From assembly GCA_048013815.1 (NCBI GenBank), contig CM106585.1:20150001-20214000 (forward strand): a stretch of 64,000 bases of DNA. The letters are read 5' to 3'. Position 1 is the first letter of the stretch; every line of letters starts with the position of its first letter. This stretch comes from Setoptus koraiensis. Its lineage: Eukaryota > Animalia > Arthropoda. The position numbers were made by a program, and so were the translations under genes. Below the pieces are notes generated by a model. That model was given only the letters and a program-made list of their open reading frames with translations, ran no database searches and was not told the origin of the DNA. Below, piece after piece: positions 59,811 through 64,000 of this stretch.

Positions 59811-61991
59811 CGGAACGGCGACCGAGAGCAGCGCCAAGAGCGGCCGCCCGATAGTGCGCAAATCAGATACCCGATCGAGCGACATTTAACGGGCCGCTTG
59901 TCAGGTGGCGCCCCATCGGTTGTAGCTCGCGAGCTGGGCTGCTCATTGTGGCGCATGATACGAATACCTTGTTATGATTATCACTTGCATTATTATCATC
60001 GCTTGCGATAATAATATGACTGGCGACTTGATATTCACTTGATATTGCGATTACCGAGCGAGCGGCGCGAGTTTGTCGGAGCATTATGTCACATTGATTG
60101 TGTTATAACTTTTGTTATGACGCGGGGCCTCTTGGCAAAAGGAGAACAGGTTGCAGTGTTGCATGTTGCAAGATTTCTGTTCTCGTTTCGCACGTTAACC
60201 ACTTGGTATTAAAATAAGCAGCGGGCCTCACTATAAATATATATAAATAAAGACCGTGCAAAGTAGCCAGCGAAAGCGGCGCCGCCAATCATGCGTGAAC
60301 CGGGCCTCGCAACTTGGGCCAATTCCCAAGTTATTGGGGCCCGAGTCCTGGTAGCCAGCATCGTTTATCCGTTAGTGGCCCGGTAGAGGGTAGTTGCGTA
60401 ACGGTTATAACGATCGCATAATGCAAGTTGTTGTCTATAACGAGTCGACAAGTCACAACGGCGGGCCCCCGGCTCAGGTGAGTGGCGAATCGCTTTTGTG
60501 TGCTTTTGTACGGGCGGGCCTTTGTCGAAGCGACAACAAATGCGCTTATCTAATCGCGCCGGATTTCATTTGAATTATCGCGCCCGATGGCTGGCCGCTG
60601 CTGTTGTCGCGGTTGTCGGTGCCTCGGCGACAACAGCGGACGGCGACGATTGTATATTCAACTGTCCGCCTTCTGGTCGACCGAATTGCACGCCGATGAG
60701 ACGGCGCCGGCCAGCGGTGCCCGATGGGGCCCGGGCGAGCCGTCGGGCTCGTTTGGGCCGGTGCAGCGGGCGAGCCGTCGCATCAGGCGACGACTTGCGC
60801 TGGCCGGCTGGCCGATTTTATCGATTCAGATCACGTGGCGACCTCATTATACTACGCCAGCGAACCGCCGGCTAGCCGAATTGTCTGGGGCCCGACAACT
60901 GTCTGTGGGCGCCGAGCCATCGACGCCCGCGACGGCTTGTGGGCGGCTTGCGCGAATTCGAGACGACGGCCACTGGAGGCGCCGAGGGGCCCAATTCGAG
61001 GCAATTGCGCCCAGTTGGCAGCCAGCGCCACCATGTAAGCCGGTGCTACCGTGCGCCGAGCCGGGCCGGCCCGGCCCACTCACATAATTATGGAAAGCAT
61101 TATGACGGCACGTATGGGGCGAGCCAATGCGAGCGCTGTGCGTTGTTCGGCGACCGTTGAGCGTTGTTTGTGCCGGCTCACAAATAAGCGCCGGACTTTG
61201 GGCTGCGGACGGGCGGACGGGCTAACGGGGTGAGCGGAGAACGGGCGAACGGGGTGAGCGGCCAGCGGGATCAACGGGCCTGTCAAGAGGGGACACGGCG
61301 CGCAACAGAACAGAGAGTGCTGTGCAGAGATTGCTTGCAATGTCGCCCGGCTCGATTATTTGGCGCGCCCAATACTGCAAATAATGAGGCGGTCAGCCCG
61401 AGACATGGAATCGATTATCGGTCGGCGGGCCGACTCGCCCCGCCCGGCCCGACAGGCAAGCCCGGCTCTGCGCACAGTGTAGCCAGACTGGGCGCACTTG
61501 TCAGCACCGGTCACGGCGGCCAGACTGGTGAGAGTGACCGCGCTGGTCGGACTTACCGAATTGGTCGGACTGGCGGACAGGTGAGCAACGACAGAGTTAA
61601 CAGACTCAACGAGTTACTCTACATTGTACAGAGTTTTGTTTGTTTGTCTGTAATTGTCGTGCTTGTTGCAGCATCGCCATTATTGCATCATGCATGACAT
61701 TGGCAAATGTCGCCGGCATATATTTGTGTATATTTATGTGTGTACAGTGTTTATTTGAGCACGCGTTTCTCTGGGCACGCGTTTTGAGGCGCGCCATCGA
61801 GCCAGCGGCAACAACGCTCTGTGACATACACTCGATCATTGATGGACATGATACGTTGCACAGGTACGAACCGGCACATAAACTACATAATACACGTAAG
61901 TTACGTAATGTAACATCATATTGTCGCGTGCAACGAGCACACTCGCTGGCCGGCGCAGTGCCGGCGACGCCATTGGCCATGATTGGCGCCC

Positions 61992-62085
61992 CTCACCTGG
62001 TCTCATGCCCACCTTTTCTGGTGCTCACCTGTTCTCGCGCTCACCTGTTCTCGTGCTCACCTGTTCTGGCGCTCACCTGTTCGTG
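61992..62085. repeat. 16-mer minisatellite CTCACCTGTTCT.... x6, five units containing CACCTG
   Basis: Directly visible. Confidence 0.88.
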
Positions 62086-64000
62086 CGACCCACAATCAGT
62101 TGTCGCTGTACTGTTTGTCTGTCATTTGGTCGTTTGTTTGTGTGTCATTGGGCCCGCAGTTGAAATTGAATTGAAACCGAGCTCGCGCTATGAAAACTGA
62201 CCGCAGTGCCACTATAATGATTACACTAATGGTGAGCCGGCAGCGGCAATGACGCCCACAACGACAACAACAACACCAACAACACCGACAGCGAAAACAG
62301 CAACAACAACGACAACAACAACAACAACAACAACAACAACAGCGACATCGACAGCGAGCGGCTCTGTTTCGGGGGGGGGGCACGCTCCCTGTCGGCAGAT
62401 TATTGAATTGTCCGTGGGCCCCTTCATGATATGCGGTCCATATTGGCAGCACAACAAACTCGAGAGAGAGATTGCGCTCGTGTGCCGGCCACGCGCTCGC
62501 GGCTGCTCGACGTGGCCGGCACACGAGCGATAGAGCAATATAGCGACCAAAATAGAAAAATGGGGCCCCAGACGGATATTTATGAGCTGCTGGCTGTTTC
62601 CATTGTTGCTGTTGTTGCAACTCTGGCCAATTTACTGCTGCGCACATACTTGATAACCGGCCAACAATGGCCGGCCCGTATGGCCCCGGTGGCCCGTCCC
62701 GAGCACGGTGCTACCTCGCTGTTGGACTGAATCCAAGATAAACGCACCTCAACAGAAGCCTCAAAGCGCCATGAGCGCAATATAGCGGCTGCTTAACACA
62801 CCAGAACACCAGAACACCCAAACACAAAAAGTACAAAAATACGACTGCGGCCGGCGCATGGATTCAGCCGTCCGTGGGCCGCTATAACCGTTATAACCGA
62901 CCGTTAAATGGTCGCTGCGTAACCTGGCGGTGGGGCCCAAAACACTTTTGGCAAGACTGGCTGTGAGCGGCACAACGAGCGACCCCGGCGGCCATTGTAG
63001 CATCATGCTATCAAGATAGTAATTGCCATCAGCCACGTACAATGTTTACACGGGCGGCCGGAGCGGTTTCGTTTTCATCATTTATCTGGGCATCTCTAGC
63101 CCAGATAAATTTGTATCTAGACTCTGCGGGTCATAGATACAAATCTGCACCTAGCGGCCATTTTGACACGTCGGCGCCATTGTGTTATCATTATTATTAT
63201 TATTATTATTACATAACGGTGTATATTTATATTTTGTATATACTCTCAGAGTATTACTCTGCTCAACGGCATCTGTCGTATAATGGACTCCAAATCCTAT
63301 TGTGCACAATGCGCACAGTCTGTATCCTGTGCATCAGCATCTACATGTCTGTATATCACACAATGCACGATGTGCTGCTCGCCGGCGCGCACATGGTGCA
63401 ACTGTGCTTGCGCCGCGAGCCTCGCGGGGCCCCAGCGGCCACTGCACTGGTAAGTTGCCAGTGGTAACTGTAGTTACCACCGGCCACCAGTTAGTAACTA
63501 GTGGTCAGTTACTGGAGTTAGTGGCCGATCCGCTGTAATAACGGGCAGTTGTGACAGAGAATCGGTGCGATATGGCAACACGATGATAATGATGATGGCA
63601 CGCCAAACTTGACAATAATTGTGTTTCGCATGCTAGATGGCGCACTGGCCGGTTGTAGTTTTTGGTCGGGCTCTGACCAAAAAACTGACCAGTGGGTGCG
63701 GACGCAAATATCCCAAGAGCACCCGATACAATTTGTATCATACAAGTGCGCCTAGGGTCGTTCGCGAGTCGCGACCTGGTGCGATAATTGCCAGCACACT
63801 GGCTGCTGCCACTGCGCGCATTGTGTCGGGGGCTCTGTATCGCTCAATGCGACGCTCTAACAAAGTGTGAGGCCCCCTCAACTTGAGACTGTCCACGCCG
63901 AGAGTGAGAGCGAGAGAGCAAAATTGGATCGGCGAATAAATTAGCATTCGCATCGAGCCGTCATCTGAGTGATTTGCGGGCGGGCGGAGCCGGTCGCCAG

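Noticed and set aside
63108-63120. Similarity to miR-10 star arm (AAATT.GTATCTAG)
   Set aside because: No ACCCTGTAGATCCGAA mature arm; treated only as a generic hairpin.
41400-64000. Hundreds of 60-330 aa ORFs, including 48345-49337 (330 aa), 52467-53054 and 61640-62200
   Set aside because: Open on several overlapping frames, Arg/Ala/Pro/Gly-rich or repeat-derived, no recognisable domain; expected in GC-rich stop-poor DNA.

Overview
Eukaryotic (arthropod, most likely a compact-genome mite; taxon is inference) window with two very different halves. About 4.7-32.7 kb is gene-dense and intron-poor: MYG1 (x2), tRNA-Gly(TCC), METTL1, mitochondrial dicarboxylate carrier, a 1407-aa His/Asn/Gln-rich DUF4779-like protein, cramped/CRAMP1, NDUFS5 (x2), GlnRS, a FAF2-like UBX protein, a JARID2 N-terminal-only gene, PDHA1 and exon 1 of NDST/sulfateless (6 exons, ending 40839). 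About 41-64 kb has no recognisable gene; it is GC-richer, saturated with GGGCCC palindromes and CCGA-core minisatellites, and contains a ~3-kb decayed coding-like island. Highlights: (1) a ~231-aa 'mini-JARID2' holding only the UIM, the K116-type RKFA motif and the SUZ12-binding helix, with no JmjN/ARID/JmjC exons visible in the window; (2) neighbouring housekeeping genes that also appear domain-trimmed (GlnRS lacking the eukaryotic N-terminal domain, FAF2-like lacking UBA/UAS); (3) three pairs of inverted duplications of different ages within 23 kb, one of which produced a MYG1 copy lacking the mitochondrial presequence. All alignments, identities and counts were done by eye and are approximate; family calls come from recalled motifs, not database searches.
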